Source of the DNA: Thermoplasmatales archaeon
GTDB lineage: Archaea > Thermoplasmatota > E2 > DHVEG-1
DNA length: 64,000 nucleotides
Direction of reading: 5' to 3'
Assembly: GCA_020341795.1 (NCBI GenBank)
Contig: CP070836.1
Location: forward strand, 1,682,157-1,746,156
Below, one piece after another: positions 1 to 8,387 of this stretch. A model generated the notes under the pieces. That model ran no database searches. It had not been told where the DNA came from and was given only the letters and a program-made list of their open reading frames with translations. Every line of letters begins with the position of its first letter. Position 1 is the stretch's first letter. The position numbers and the translations under genes were made by a program.

Positions 1-462
1 TGCTTGATGATCCATATCTGATGCAAGGGCAGTATCCTTTCCATTGTATCCACAAACGACAAAAGTGTGCCCTCCAAAGTGATATTCCACTGGAAACTCA
101 AACCATGGAAGAAATCCCATATCTCCAAATACCATCACAGGTTCTTTTCTTTTTAATTTTTCAAGAAGTGATTCTTCTGCTTTTTTTTGGCTATTTGTTA
201 ATATTTGTTTTATTTTGACTCCTGTTCTTTTCCCTAAATCTTCAAAAAAGTTTTTTGTATTTCCTCTCCCACCGATAAAAACATAATCACTAGTACCAAA
301 TTTCATCTGCCAATAGATAAATCCCATCCCTGCACCAAGTCCCAGTATCACATCTTCTGATAGTGGACAGTTATTAAAGTGATATATTTTTGCAAGAGAG
401 TTACTTTGACAGTGGTATCCATCCAATGCTGGACAATTGGGAAATGGTTTTATTTCTTCCAT
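1..462 (-). CDS. BtrH_N/DUF4872-like (papain-fold) protein, N-terminal part; 3' end is outside the window
   Basis: Absent from the ORF track because the window edge truncates it. Manual translation from the ATG (complement of 460-462) gives MEEIKPFPNCPALDGYHCQSNSLAKIYHFNNCPLSEDVILGLGAGMGFIYWQMKF..., open to position 1. The HC.S..L....LSE...GLG.G.GFIYW pattern is recalled from the BtrH N-terminal domain family. Confidence 0.5.
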   Translation of the reverse strand, partial: MEEIKPFPNCPALDGYHCQSNSLAKIYHFNNCPLSEDVILGLGAGMGFIYWQMKFGTSDYVFIGGRGNTKNFFEDLGKRTGVKIKQILTNSQKKAEESLLEKLKRKEPVMVFGDMGFLPWFEFPVEYHFGGHTFVVCGYNGKDTALASDMDHQA

Positions 463-476
463 ATTTTTTTCCCCTT

Positions 477-605
477 TTATTTAGGCTGGAAAGCATTTGC
501 AGGGCATTCTGATGCATCTCTATCTGGTGATACTTCATGTCCGAAGCAATCACCTTTGGTCTCATCTATTTCTTTATAGAATTTACAATCTTTACAAGTT
601 GGCAT
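477..605 (-). CDS. Small Cys-rich protein (42 aa), hypothetical
   Basis: Below the ORF-track size cut-off. Manual translation gives MPTCKDCKFYKEIDETKGDCFGHEVSPDRDASECPANAFQPK*. It sits tightly between the AbrB-like gene (ends 609) and the BtrH-like gene (starts 462) and has 4 Cys arranged as CxxC...C...C. Confidence 0.35.
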   Translation of the reverse strand: MPTCKDCKFYKEIDETKGDCFGHEVSPDRDASECPANAFQPK

Positions 606-608
606 TTT

Positions 609-863
609 TTATTTTCCTCCTTTATTTATTTTATTTAAAAAATTGTCATCATCTTGTATTTTTTCTATGATGTTATCCATTATATTTTGACGGAGTAGAA
701 TTATTCCTCCATCGTCTCTTCTTTTAACTACCAGGAATCTGTCTCCTGTTTTGATGTTTAAATCTCTGCGAATATCTACGGGTATAGCGATTTGCCCTTT
801 TTCACTTATTGTTACCATTCCATAGAATATCCTATTATAGCTGCAAATCCCTTTTTTTACCAT
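609..863 (-). CDS. AbrB/SpoVT/MazE-family DNA-binding protein
   Basis: 84-aa ORF. The core VTISEKGQIAIPVDIRRDLNIKTGDRFLVV...GGIILL matches the swapped-hairpin AbrB/SpoVT signature. An alternative start is M16 at 818. Confidence 0.7.
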   Translation of the reverse strand: MVKKGICSYNRIFYGMVTISEKGQIAIPVDIRRDLNIKTGDRFLVVKRRDDGGIILLRQNIMDNIIEKIQDDDNFLNKINKGGK

Positions 864-875
864 AAATAGGTGTAT

Positions 876-906
876 AAAGTAAGAATATAAAAACTTTTCT
901 TACTTT
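876..906. promoter_or_regulatory. Perfect 10-bp inverted repeat bracketing a TATA-like element upstream of the AbrB-like operon
   Basis: AAAGTAAGAA (876-885), then an 11-nt spacer tataaaaactt, then TTCTTACTTT (897-906). The spacer reads as a TATA-like box on the minus strand about 25-30 nt upstream of the ATG at 863. An extra TCTTAC copy lies at 907-912. Confidence 0.35.
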
Positions 907-1167
907 TCTTACATTGTATAATAAAATCTATTAAAAATAAATTTAACCTTTAGATTAATTCCCTTCTCCAGCGCTATTTTTACCGGTAAAATAAGGTACA
1001 AATCCCTTTCCCTGCATTAAACTATGTTGTTAAATCTCCTTTACTATCTGGTTTTGTTATGGGGCTTTTTACTCGTGAGTGTTAAATCCCGACGGGAGCA
1101 TTGTTTTGTTAAATTGCTATAATTTTAATAGTAATTAGTATTTTTTATACAAAACAGAATTTTTATT

Positions 1168-1237
1168 GGAAAGAAAGGCTGGTCTGCTAAGAGGGAATGG
1201 GATACACTCCGAAAACCCTACCAGCACATTTCTTTCC
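1168..1237. ncRNA. Candidate structured RNA or long hairpin element (class unknown)
   Basis: GGAAAGAAA (1168-1176) pairs with TTTCTTTCC (1229-1237), and GCTGGT (1178-1183) pairs with ACCAGC (1220-1225). The interior is locally GC-rich, with GGG/CCC and GGA/TCC sub-stems. It lies in a 420-nt intergenic gap. The strand is not determinable. Confidence 0.3.
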
Positions 1238-1286
1238 GATTATAAAAATATAATTTCTAATATAAATTATTTATTAAATAATCAAT

Positions 1287-1874
1287 TTATTTTAGAATGT
1301 CTTTATAACAAATATCGACTATTTCATGGATTTTTTTTGTTGCATCGATTTTTTTAAAACGAGCCCCTTTAGAAATGTTGAGATAATTTTTTTGAACTTT
1401 ATCAAGAAAATCAATTTTTTCAAAAGGAATTAAATTTTCTCTATTTTGGATTCTTACTAGTGATTTTTTTGGATCTATAACAAAAAGAAAAGTTCTATCA
1501 GGGATTACATAACGATCTTTTGAAAGTTCTTTTAACCATTTTATTGGATTATCTATTGATTTCTGCATCTGAGCTGCTTGATATGCATATGTTGATTCTA
1601 CATATCTGTCACATAGTACAATTTTTCCCGTATCAAGCCATTTCTTTATCTGTTTACAATGTTCGTATCTATCAGCTATAAAAGTATAAGCAGTAATAAA
1701 AGGATCAGATTTTGTCTTAATACATTTCTGAACAATCTTACCTATCCAACTATCTGTTGGTTCATATGTTAAAATTATTTTGTATCCCTCTTTTTTCATT
1801 TTTTCATATACAAGATTTGAAACTGTTGATTTTCCAGATCCATCAATTCCTTCAAAGGTCACAAAATGTTTCAT
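1287..1874 (-). CDS. tmk: Thymidylate kinase
   Basis: P-loop FEGIDGSGKST and the DRY-type motif CDRYVESTYAYQ. The preferred start is MKHFVTFEG (ATG at 1874), which overlaps the priL stop in an ATGA arrangement. Confidence 0.9.
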   Translation of the reverse strand: MKHFVTFEGIDGSGKSTVSNLVYEKMKKEGYKIILTYEPTDSWIGKIVQKCIKTKSDPFITAYTFIADRYEHCKQIKKWLDTGKIVLCDRYVESTYAYQAAQMQKSIDNPIKWLKELSKDRYVIPDRTFLFVIDPKKSLVRIQNRENLIPFEKIDFLDKVQKNYLNISKGARFKKIDATKKIHEIVDICYKDILK

Positions 1875-2905
1875 TTTTTTGATTTCTCCTCTCCCCATTT
1901 GGCAATATAATAACTTAAAGGATGTCTTTTTTTCCTGCATAAGTTATCTATTTGATCTACTGGGCATATTCCATAAGTACGCATTTTTTCACAACCTGGA
2001 GGTTTATAAGAGGTAGATGAAATAGAACCAGTAATATGCTCAACTTGATATCGTGATTTTTCTTCTTCATAATCAGGTGCTGTACTTAATAACTTCAAAA
2101 TATCATTTGTTTTTAGTTTTAAAGAATTTAAAAAAGAAACAAGTGCAAATCTTCCCATATGTGGAACATTTTCTCCTGCTTGAATAGATGAAAGTATATG
2201 TTTCATACAAGGTGGAAGTTTTTTAAGATCAAGTTTTCCGATAGGTTCTACTTGTATTTTTTTTCTATATGTTATCACTGTATTTTGAATTCGTTTTATA
2301 TCAGATGAAAAAATGTCATATACAGATTTATTGCAATCACGCATATCAAGCTCAGAATTAATTCTAGTTCTCAATGCTTCTTGAATTATTCTTGCTAACT
2401 CTTTATGTTTAATATGAAGAAATCCTTTCTCCATTGTCCGATTTATCATTTTCCATTCTTTATAATGAGTAGGAGCATTGCGAAGATAATCCTTAAAATA
2501 AATCCTGATCTTATTTGTTTCTTCTTCATATTTTATATTAAATTTAAATTCCTGCGCAATTTCAAGTAAAAAATTTGTTGATTCATTTATTAGATTTTTA
2601 TATGCGTGTACTGCTTCACCAAGTGCATATCTACGTATAAAATAATTATCATCCACACAAACAGCAATCATCCTTGCGATTGGATAAGAAAGTATTTCCA
2701 TTATGCAATCAGATTCGCTTACAAGACTGCGATTTCCAACATCTCTGTCTTTAAATGCATTCTCAAGTCTTTCGACACCAATTGCACGTGCACGTTCATA
2801 TAATGGATCATCTAGTAGCTCTATCACAGAAAGGTTATTATCTTTTACATACTGTTTTGTTTCATTTAGGAATGGATATTTTGATAAAGTTACAAGCTCC
2901 TCCAT
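1871..2905 (-). CDS. priL: DNA primase large subunit PriL
   Basis: 344 aa. The C-terminal Fe-S Cys set (PPCMKHIL...GCEKMRTYGICP...C) and the helical N-terminal domain are typical of archaeal PriL. Confidence 0.8.
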   Translation of the reverse strand: MEELVTLSKYPFLNETKQYVKDNNLSVIELLDDPLYERARAIGVERLENAFKDRDVGNRSLVSESDCIMEILSYPIARMIAVCVDDNYFIRRYALGEAVHAYKNLINESTNFLLEIAQEFKFNIKYEEETNKIRIYFKDYLRNAPTHYKEWKMINRTMEKGFLHIKHKELARIIQEALRTRINSELDMRDCNKSVYDIFSSDIKRIQNTVITYRKKIQVEPIGKLDLKKLPPCMKHILSSIQAGENVPHMGRFALVSFLNSLKLKTNDILKLLSTAPDYEEEKSRYQVEHITGSISSTSYKPPGCEKMRTYGICPVDQIDNLCRKKRHPLSYYIAKWGEEKSKK

Positions 2906-3295
2906 GTAGAGTTATACTTTAACAATGATTAATTAATTAATCTTTTCCTGTTAAAATTATTATTTGACATTTTGTCACGATAACTATAAATACACAGTTA
3001 TGACAAATGTTATCAAGGAGAAGGTTTGGTGATAAAGGTTGAGAAAAATTGATAAACCTAAATATATGAATGAACATGAGTTTGAAAACTCAAGTGAAGA
3101 ACTAGCATTTTTACTTTATAAAGCTGAGCTAAATAAAGAGTTATTATCCTTTTGGAAATCACTACTTAAGGATGAATAGTTAGATTATCCAGTTAATTAG
3201 ATTGATTAGTCTATATATAGAACGGAAAAATAGTCTTTTTCTTTATATCTAAATTTTAAGTAGTAGAAGTTGTATTATGCCCCTGTAATTTTAAG

Positions 3296-3369
3296 GGGCT
3301 CGTAGCTTAGTCTGGCGGAGCGTCTGGCTCATAACCAGATGGTCGCAGGTTCAAATCCTGCCGGGCCCA
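3296..3369 (+). tRNA. tRNA with CAT anticodon (elongator Met, or Ile2 if C34 is modified)
   Basis: Cloverleaf by eye: acceptor GGGCTCG/CGGGCCC (one G-U pair), anticodon arm TCTGG-CTCATAA-CCAGA, T-loop GGTTCAAATCC, discriminator A, no encoded CCA. It has G1:C72, so it is not initiator-like. Confidence 0.9.
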
Positions 3370-3926
3370 TTGACTTTAAAAGGAAAAAAGCTAGAGAGAG
3401 TTAGTACTTTAAGACTATAGTGAAGAAGACCTTTAAATCTTATTAGCCAACGTCGAATCTAATCTATTATTTTTAAGAGGACTAATAATATCGATTTTAA
3501 GGATAATCTCCACATCTTACAGTTCTAGTTTGATTAGGATTTAAATAAATCTCAGCAGTTTTTTAACATTCTTTGGTAAAATTTAAAAGGCTATTAATTA
3601 TTATTACAGTTAAATATAGACAAACGTGGATGGGGACCATTTAATTGTTTTCAAAAAAATCTCTAGAGGGGACGAGAAAACATGAAGAAGATTATTATGA
3701 TAGATGTAACTATCAGGATTTGAATCTTATTTGCTTAAATAAAGAAAATGCTGAAGTATTTGACGACGTTGATAATCTTATTAAAAGTATTCTTGTTAAA
3801 AGTAAGTATTCTTCATATAAGAAACAAGTTACAGATATATTTGAAAAACATTTTTTTAATAATAAACCTTTCACCAAAAGGTCAAGGAATCAAACAGGTA
3901 TCAGAATTATATTCAGAAATGGTAAG

Positions 3927-6158
3927 ATGAAATCTGTTAAAAAAATGTTACCGTTTGTTCTATCATTTATAATGTTTTTTGCTGTTTTAGATTCTGTTGG
4001 TTCTTTTGATATAAAAGATGCAGTGGATTCTAATGTTACTGATATGGACAGCAGTGCAGATATTGGAGTGGAGAATAATTTTCCTAATGCTCAGGATATA
4101 TATCCTGATTTTAACAATATGAATATCCAAGAGAGTTATACATATGGATTGCCAAGTGAAGAAGATTTATATGTCAATGCTTATGACAGCACTTATATTA
4201 ATTGGATACCTTTAGGCGTATCACCATATTTAGATACAGTAGACGCTTCTAATATTATTAAATCTAAATCAGAAGGAACAATGGGATGGTTTGATTTTCC
4301 CGCAACTACAAAAACTGGATATCTTACAGTTGATGCAGAAATTTATGTTAATAGTTGGGATGGGGATGTATTAATAGAATTTGAATGGACAGGAGATACA
4401 ACAGCAGATGCAAGTATTCAAACAACTGGACCAACATCTAATTGGTATGAATTAGGAACTGTAACAGGTCTTGACAATGCAACAGAAGTGGACAACTGTA
4501 GGATAAGAGTAGTTTGGGCTGCAAGTAAAAACAATTGGATAGAAATAGATGCTTTCCGTTTGGAAGTGTCAGAATCTACGGATAGTTATGAAATAGATTT
4601 TGAATATAATTGGAGCAACGCGGACTATGATGAGTCAAATGAAGAAATATGTTTTTATGTTAGTAGTCATACAGGTAATGAGAACCTTAATGTAAGCTAC
4701 TGGTCTGGTTCTTGGACTTATCTTGGTCAAATAACAAACACAGGTTGGACAAATCTTACAGCAACAGGTCTCTCTGATGCCACCTATGAAATACAGCTAA
4801 AAGGAGATAACGAGTCAAGTGATAGTATTCAGGATGACTGGAATATCGATGTTATTATGTTGCATACTTGGACTACACCTACAGTCCCAATCGTCTTAAC
4901 AAACTTTTCAACAGGAGTTGAAGAAAACAATGCTACATTAAATGGATATCTGCAAAGCAACGGAAGCGCAGACACAACTACTTACTTCCTATGGGACAAT
5001 GATGCATCAGGAGAACCATACGCAAATAATCAGAGTAATGGTATAACGGCGAATTTAAGTGAATTCCAATTCGACGCAACAAGTCTAACAAGCGGAGATT
5101 TATACTATTTTAACACAAAAGCAAATAATAGCGCAGGATGGGATGATAGTGGAGGAGAATTAACCTTCTTCACCAAACCACCAGCAGTGACTAGCTTCAT
5201 AGAAAGTGCTTCAACTAACACTAGCCTTACCTACACATGGATAGAAGCAACTGTTGGCAGCGGTGCAACCGCATATTCAAGGATTCAGTATAAAACCGGA
5301 AGCAATCCAACATCAATCAGCGATGGAACTAATACCTATAACGGAACTGATGAAACCGACAACACTGGTAGTCTGAATCCTGGGACACACTATTACTTCA
5401 GCGCGTTCAGCTGGGGAATCGAAAGTACTGTAGGAAACTGGAATGATACATACGATACCATGGACGCCTGGACTAACCCTGGAGATCCAACAAGTGTAAG
5501 CACAACCAATGGAACAAACTGGATAAATGTTACATTCACACATGGGACTAATGGATCCTATACCATGATCCGTCGAAATACTACTGGATCAGCATATTAC
5601 CCTGCAGATCGCTCCAGCGGCGTCCTAGTTGATAATACCACCCACCAATATGCCAATGACATCAGTCTCAACTCTGGTATTACCTATTACTATAGTCTTT
5701 GGACCTGGGATCCCGATGGTAAGAAATGGTGCGACAACAAAATCACCATAGCTGAAAACACCTCTTGGAATACATCAATAGAAATCATCCCGGAGCAGTG
5801 GATTCAGGGAAATATATGGATAGGGGACACCAATGCTACAACTGGTTTTTATTTTAATCTTACAAACGAGGGAAATGTTGCTTTAAACATACAAATAAAT
5901 GCAAGTAATGCTACTAACTCTTCAACAGGTGCTGAATGGAAACTCAATTCAACACCGAGTAACGATAATTTTACGCTTCAGTATAACAAGAGTGGTGGTG
6001 GTACCTGGACTAATATTAACACTACATATGATGTTTTTGTCACCAACTTGGGTGTAAATTCCTGGCAGACTTTTGATTTGAAACTGATTATGGCTACTGA
6101 ATCATCTACAGAAGATCCATTATCTTTTGAAGTGACATTCAAATCTGTAAAAGCATAA
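3927..6158 (+). CDS. Large secreted Asn/Thr-rich protein with Fn3-like repeats and a C-terminal beta-rich domain; no membrane anchor
   Basis: The ORF is open from 3645, but the likely start is the in-frame ATG at 3927 (MKSVKKMLPFVLSFIMFFAVLDSVG, a signal peptide). Repeated Fn3-like segments occur (LTNFSTGVEENNATLNGYL..., TKPPAVTSF..., PGDPTSVSTTNGTNWINVTF...). The C-terminal 129 aa (5769-6155) resemble the product of 8388-8912. Confidence 0.6.
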   Translation: MKSVKKMLPFVLSFIMFFAVLDSVGSFDIKDAVDSNVTDMDSSADIGVENNFPNAQDIYPDFNNMNIQESYTYGLPSEEDLYVNAYDSTYINWIPLGVSPYLDTVDASNIIKSKSEGTMGWFDFPATTKTGYLTVDAEIYVNSWDGDVLIEFEWTGDTTADASIQTTGPTSNWYELGTVTGLDNATEVDNCRIRVVWAASKNNWIEIDAFRLEVSESTDSYEIDFEYNWSNADYDESNEEICFYVSSHTGNENLNVSYWSGSWTYLGQITNTGWTNLTATGLSDATYEIQLKGDNESSDSIQDDWNIDVIMLHTWTTPTVPIVLTNFSTGVEENNATLNGYLQSNGSADTTTYFLWDNDASGEPYANNQSNGITANLSEFQFDATSLTSGDLYYFNTKANNSAGWDDSGGELTFFTKPPAVTSFIESASTNTSLTYTWIEATVGSGATAYSRIQYKTGSNPTSISDGTNTYNGTDETDNTGSLNPGTHYYFSAFSWGIESTVGNWNDTYDTMDAWTNPGDPTSVSTTNGTNWINVTFTHGTNGSYTMIRRNTTGSAYYPADRSSGVLVDNTTHQYANDISLNSGITYYYSLWTWDPDGKKWCDNKITIAENTSWNTSIEIIPEQWIQGNIWIGDTNATTGFYFNLTNEGNVALNIQINASNATNSSTGAEWKLNSTPSNDNFTLQYNKSGGGTWTNINTTYDVFVTNLGVNSWQTFDLKLIMATESSTEDPLSFEVTFKSVKA

Positions 6159-6360
6159 GATGTTTGATATGTAGGTATGGATACACTATAAAGATTTTAG
6201 ATAATTTTTCTATTTAGCCATTTTGTTACAATGTAAATTTTACCAACTTGCTATTTTACCAAATTATTTTTAAATATAATTAATGAGAGAATGTATCGTG
6301 TTATCACATATCAATATAGGTTGTAATATTCAAAACAACCAAGAAACGGAAGGAAAAAAG

Positions 6361-8097
6361 ATGAAAGGAAGGCAAAAGAAAAAAAGAAGGATTTCCTTAT
6401 TCATATTTACCATTACTTCTGTTTTTATATTTTTTATACCAACTGGGCTAACCAATGAAGAAATAACCCTTGGTTTTAAACCTAATCTAGGAAATATACC
6501 ACCTTATCAGCCAACAGATCCTTATCCTCCAGATGGAGCTACAAATCTCGAGATCCCTGTAACATTAAACGTCAACGTGCCAGATCCAGATACCGACCCA
6601 ATGGACGTGTATTTTTATAACGCATTAGATGACTCTATTATCGGAACGGATACAGTTCCAAATGGATCAACTGCCTCATGCACCTGGAGTGGATTAGCAC
6701 CAAATACTATCTATCGTTGGTATGTTGTAGCCAATGATTCCGAATACGAAAACACCTCATCCATATGGAGTTTCACAACTGAATCATCATATGGTAGTGG
6801 AGGAGGTTCTCCCCCACCAGTAAATCAAAAACCAATAGCCAAAGTTACAGGCCCTGATACTGGATACGTTAATGAATACATATCTTTCTCAGTTCAATAT
6901 AGCTATGACCCTGATGGAGATATTACCGGTTACCGATGGGATTTTAACAATGATGGATTATTTGATACCGACTGGATTGAAGATACACTCATGACTTATA
7001 CCTATTTCCAACCTGGTAATTATTCCGTAAAACTTCAAGTAAAAGATGATGATGATGCCACTTCTACCGACTCCTATGTGATAACTATTATACAACAAGA
7101 GCCGGATCAACAATCTCCTGTAGTTCAGGCCAATGGACCGTATGATGGACTTGTATATGAAAACATTACTTTCACCGGCGTCGGCAGCTTCGATCCCGAT
7201 GGAACAATAGTTAACTATACCTGGGACTTTGGAGATGGAATAATAAGATATGGAATTGAAATAATCCATAGCTATAACATCTCAGGGATATATAACATAA
7301 CACTGAGTGTTACAGACAATTACAACCTTACTAGTAATAATACCACCGTAGCTAATATCTTGATAGACTCTGATGGAGACGGCTGGAGTGATGAAATAGA
7401 AAAATCATACGGAACAAACATATCAGATCCAAATTGCCAACCATTAGATAGTGATAGCGATGGAATACCTAACAATGATTCATTGGATGGCAACTATACA
7501 GGAGACATTGATAATGATAACGATGGGCTCGACGATGAAACAGAAAAAATATTTGGAACAGATCCCAACAATGAAGTAGATGTAATAAAACTAGAAATAG
7601 AAGAAAAAACTTATTATCTCATCAACACAAACAATGATGAACAAAGTGACATCCTCTATATCCCATTTACTGAGGAAAACACAATAATAAAATTAATAGA
7701 TGGTAAACTATATTTAGACACTGACAATGACAGTAAATGGAATTATATATATGATCCAACAACAACTCAAATTATGCTATATAAGCCAGAAGAAGAAAGT
7801 ATACAACTGCCTTTACTATTCTTAATAATTATTGCTATCATTGTTACAATCATTACCTTCCTGTTCATACGCAAACACTATGAAATCAATCGCCTGATAA
7901 AACAATTAAGTAAACTAAAGAAAAAACAACAAATATACAAAAAGAGAGCTAATAAACTTAGGAGTACCAAAAGAACTAATAGAAAAAGAGCAAGTACATA
8001 TTATCACACAAAATCCAGGAATTCCATAATAAAAACAAAAATAAAATCAAAGATTGTATCGCAAAAATCCGATAGAAAAAATCACAAAAAAATATAA
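6361..8097 (+). CDS. Membrane-anchored surface protein: signal peptide, two PKD-like domains, Asp-rich (thrombospondin type-3-like) repeats, TM segment, basic tail
   Basis: The likely start is MKGRQKKKRRISLFIFTITSVFIFFIP at 6361. PKD-like motifs are YDPDGDITGYRWDFNNDG and FDPDGTIVNYTWDFGDG. Asp-rich repeats are DSDGDGWSDEIEKSYGTN...DSDSDGIPN...DNDNDGLDDETEKIFGTDP. The TM segment is LPLLFLIIIAIIVTIITFLFI, followed by a Lys/Arg-rich tail. Confidence 0.7.
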   Translation: MKGRQKKKRRISLFIFTITSVFIFFIPTGLTNEEITLGFKPNLGNIPPYQPTDPYPPDGATNLEIPVTLNVNVPDPDTDPMDVYFYNALDDSIIGTDTVPNGSTASCTWSGLAPNTIYRWYVVANDSEYENTSSIWSFTTESSYGSGGGSPPPVNQKPIAKVTGPDTGYVNEYISFSVQYSYDPDGDITGYRWDFNNDGLFDTDWIEDTLMTYTYFQPGNYSVKLQVKDDDDATSTDSYVITIIQQEPDQQSPVVQANGPYDGLVYENITFTGVGSFDPDGTIVNYTWDFGDGIIRYGIEIIHSYNISGIYNITLSVTDNYNLTSNNTTVANILIDSDGDGWSDEIEKSYGTNISDPNCQPLDSDSDGIPNNDSLDGNYTGDIDNDNDGLDDETEKIFGTDPNNEVDVIKLEIEEKTYYLINTNNDEQSDILYIPFTEENTIIKLIDGKLYLDTDNDSKWNYIYDPTTTQIMLYKPEEESIQLPLLFLIIIAIIVTIITFLFIRKHYEINRLIKQLSKLKKKQQIYKKRANKLRSTKRTNRKRASTYYHTKSRNSIIKTKIKSKIVSQKSDRKNHKKI

Positions 8098-8387
8098 TAT
8101 ATTTTATTAAACAAACTAATTCTATGATAAATAAACAGATATCAAAAAAACTATTGGGAATATACATTTATCTTGTAATAATTCTCATATTTTTACTAAG
8201 TTACAATATAAGCGTAAGCTAACCTCAAGTTGCAAAAACGAAAATTTTAATAACTATTTTTTCATATTAGACCCAGCACTCTGTCTTTTATTACAGATAG
8301 AATAAATAAGTGTGAAATGATGGGATGCAAGAAAAAAAATAAAAAATATTGTAGAAAATTCATTTTAAGATAGGATGGGATGTAGAT

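Noticed and set aside
85-97. TTCCACTGGAAAC, which resembles the archaeal mini-ORB origin box (TTCCAGTGGAAAC)
   Set aside because: It is a single copy inside the BtrH-like coding region. There is no flanking AT-rich unwinding element, no second inverted copy and no cdc6/orc1 gene nearby, so it is most likely chance.
1168-1237. Interpretation of the hairpin as an H/ACA guide RNA (an ACA follows the inner stem)
   Set aside because: The putative pseudouridylation pocket is highly asymmetric (9 nt versus 1 nt). No clear K-turn or K-loop GA pairs were found. The ACA would be enclosed by the outer 9-bp stem. I keep it only as an unclassified structured element.
1166-1357. 63-aa plus-strand ORF from the track (TTG start)
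   Set aside because: It begins inside the intergenic hairpin and then runs antisense into the 3' end of tmk. It has low-complexity composition and no recognisable domain, so I treat the region as a possible RNA or hairpin instead.
3039-3179. 46-aa ORF (TTG start, MRKIDKPKYMNEHEFENSSEELAFLLYKAELNKELLSFWKSLLKDE) between priL and tRNA-Met
   Set aside because: It has a plausible SD (GGTGAT) upstream but no recognisable motif, and it is short in an AT-rich intergenic region. I cannot support it as a gene without conservation data.
3645-3926. 94-aa N-terminal extension of the large exoprotein ORF (TTG start at 3645)
   Set aside because: The extension is hydrophilic and precedes an internal Met followed by a textbook signal peptide (MKSVKKMLPFVLSFIMFFAV). 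A signal peptide buried 94 aa into the protein is implausible, so the start was moved to 3927.
7870-8097. Lys/Arg-rich C-terminal tails on several proteins (6361-8097, the GTPase, the coiled-coil protein, the Ig-like proteins), considered as a shared targeting signal
   Set aside because: AAA/AAG-rich tails arise easily in very AT-rich genomes, and positive-inside tails after TM helices are expected. There is not enough evidence for a specific signal. Only the eS1 case is reported separately.
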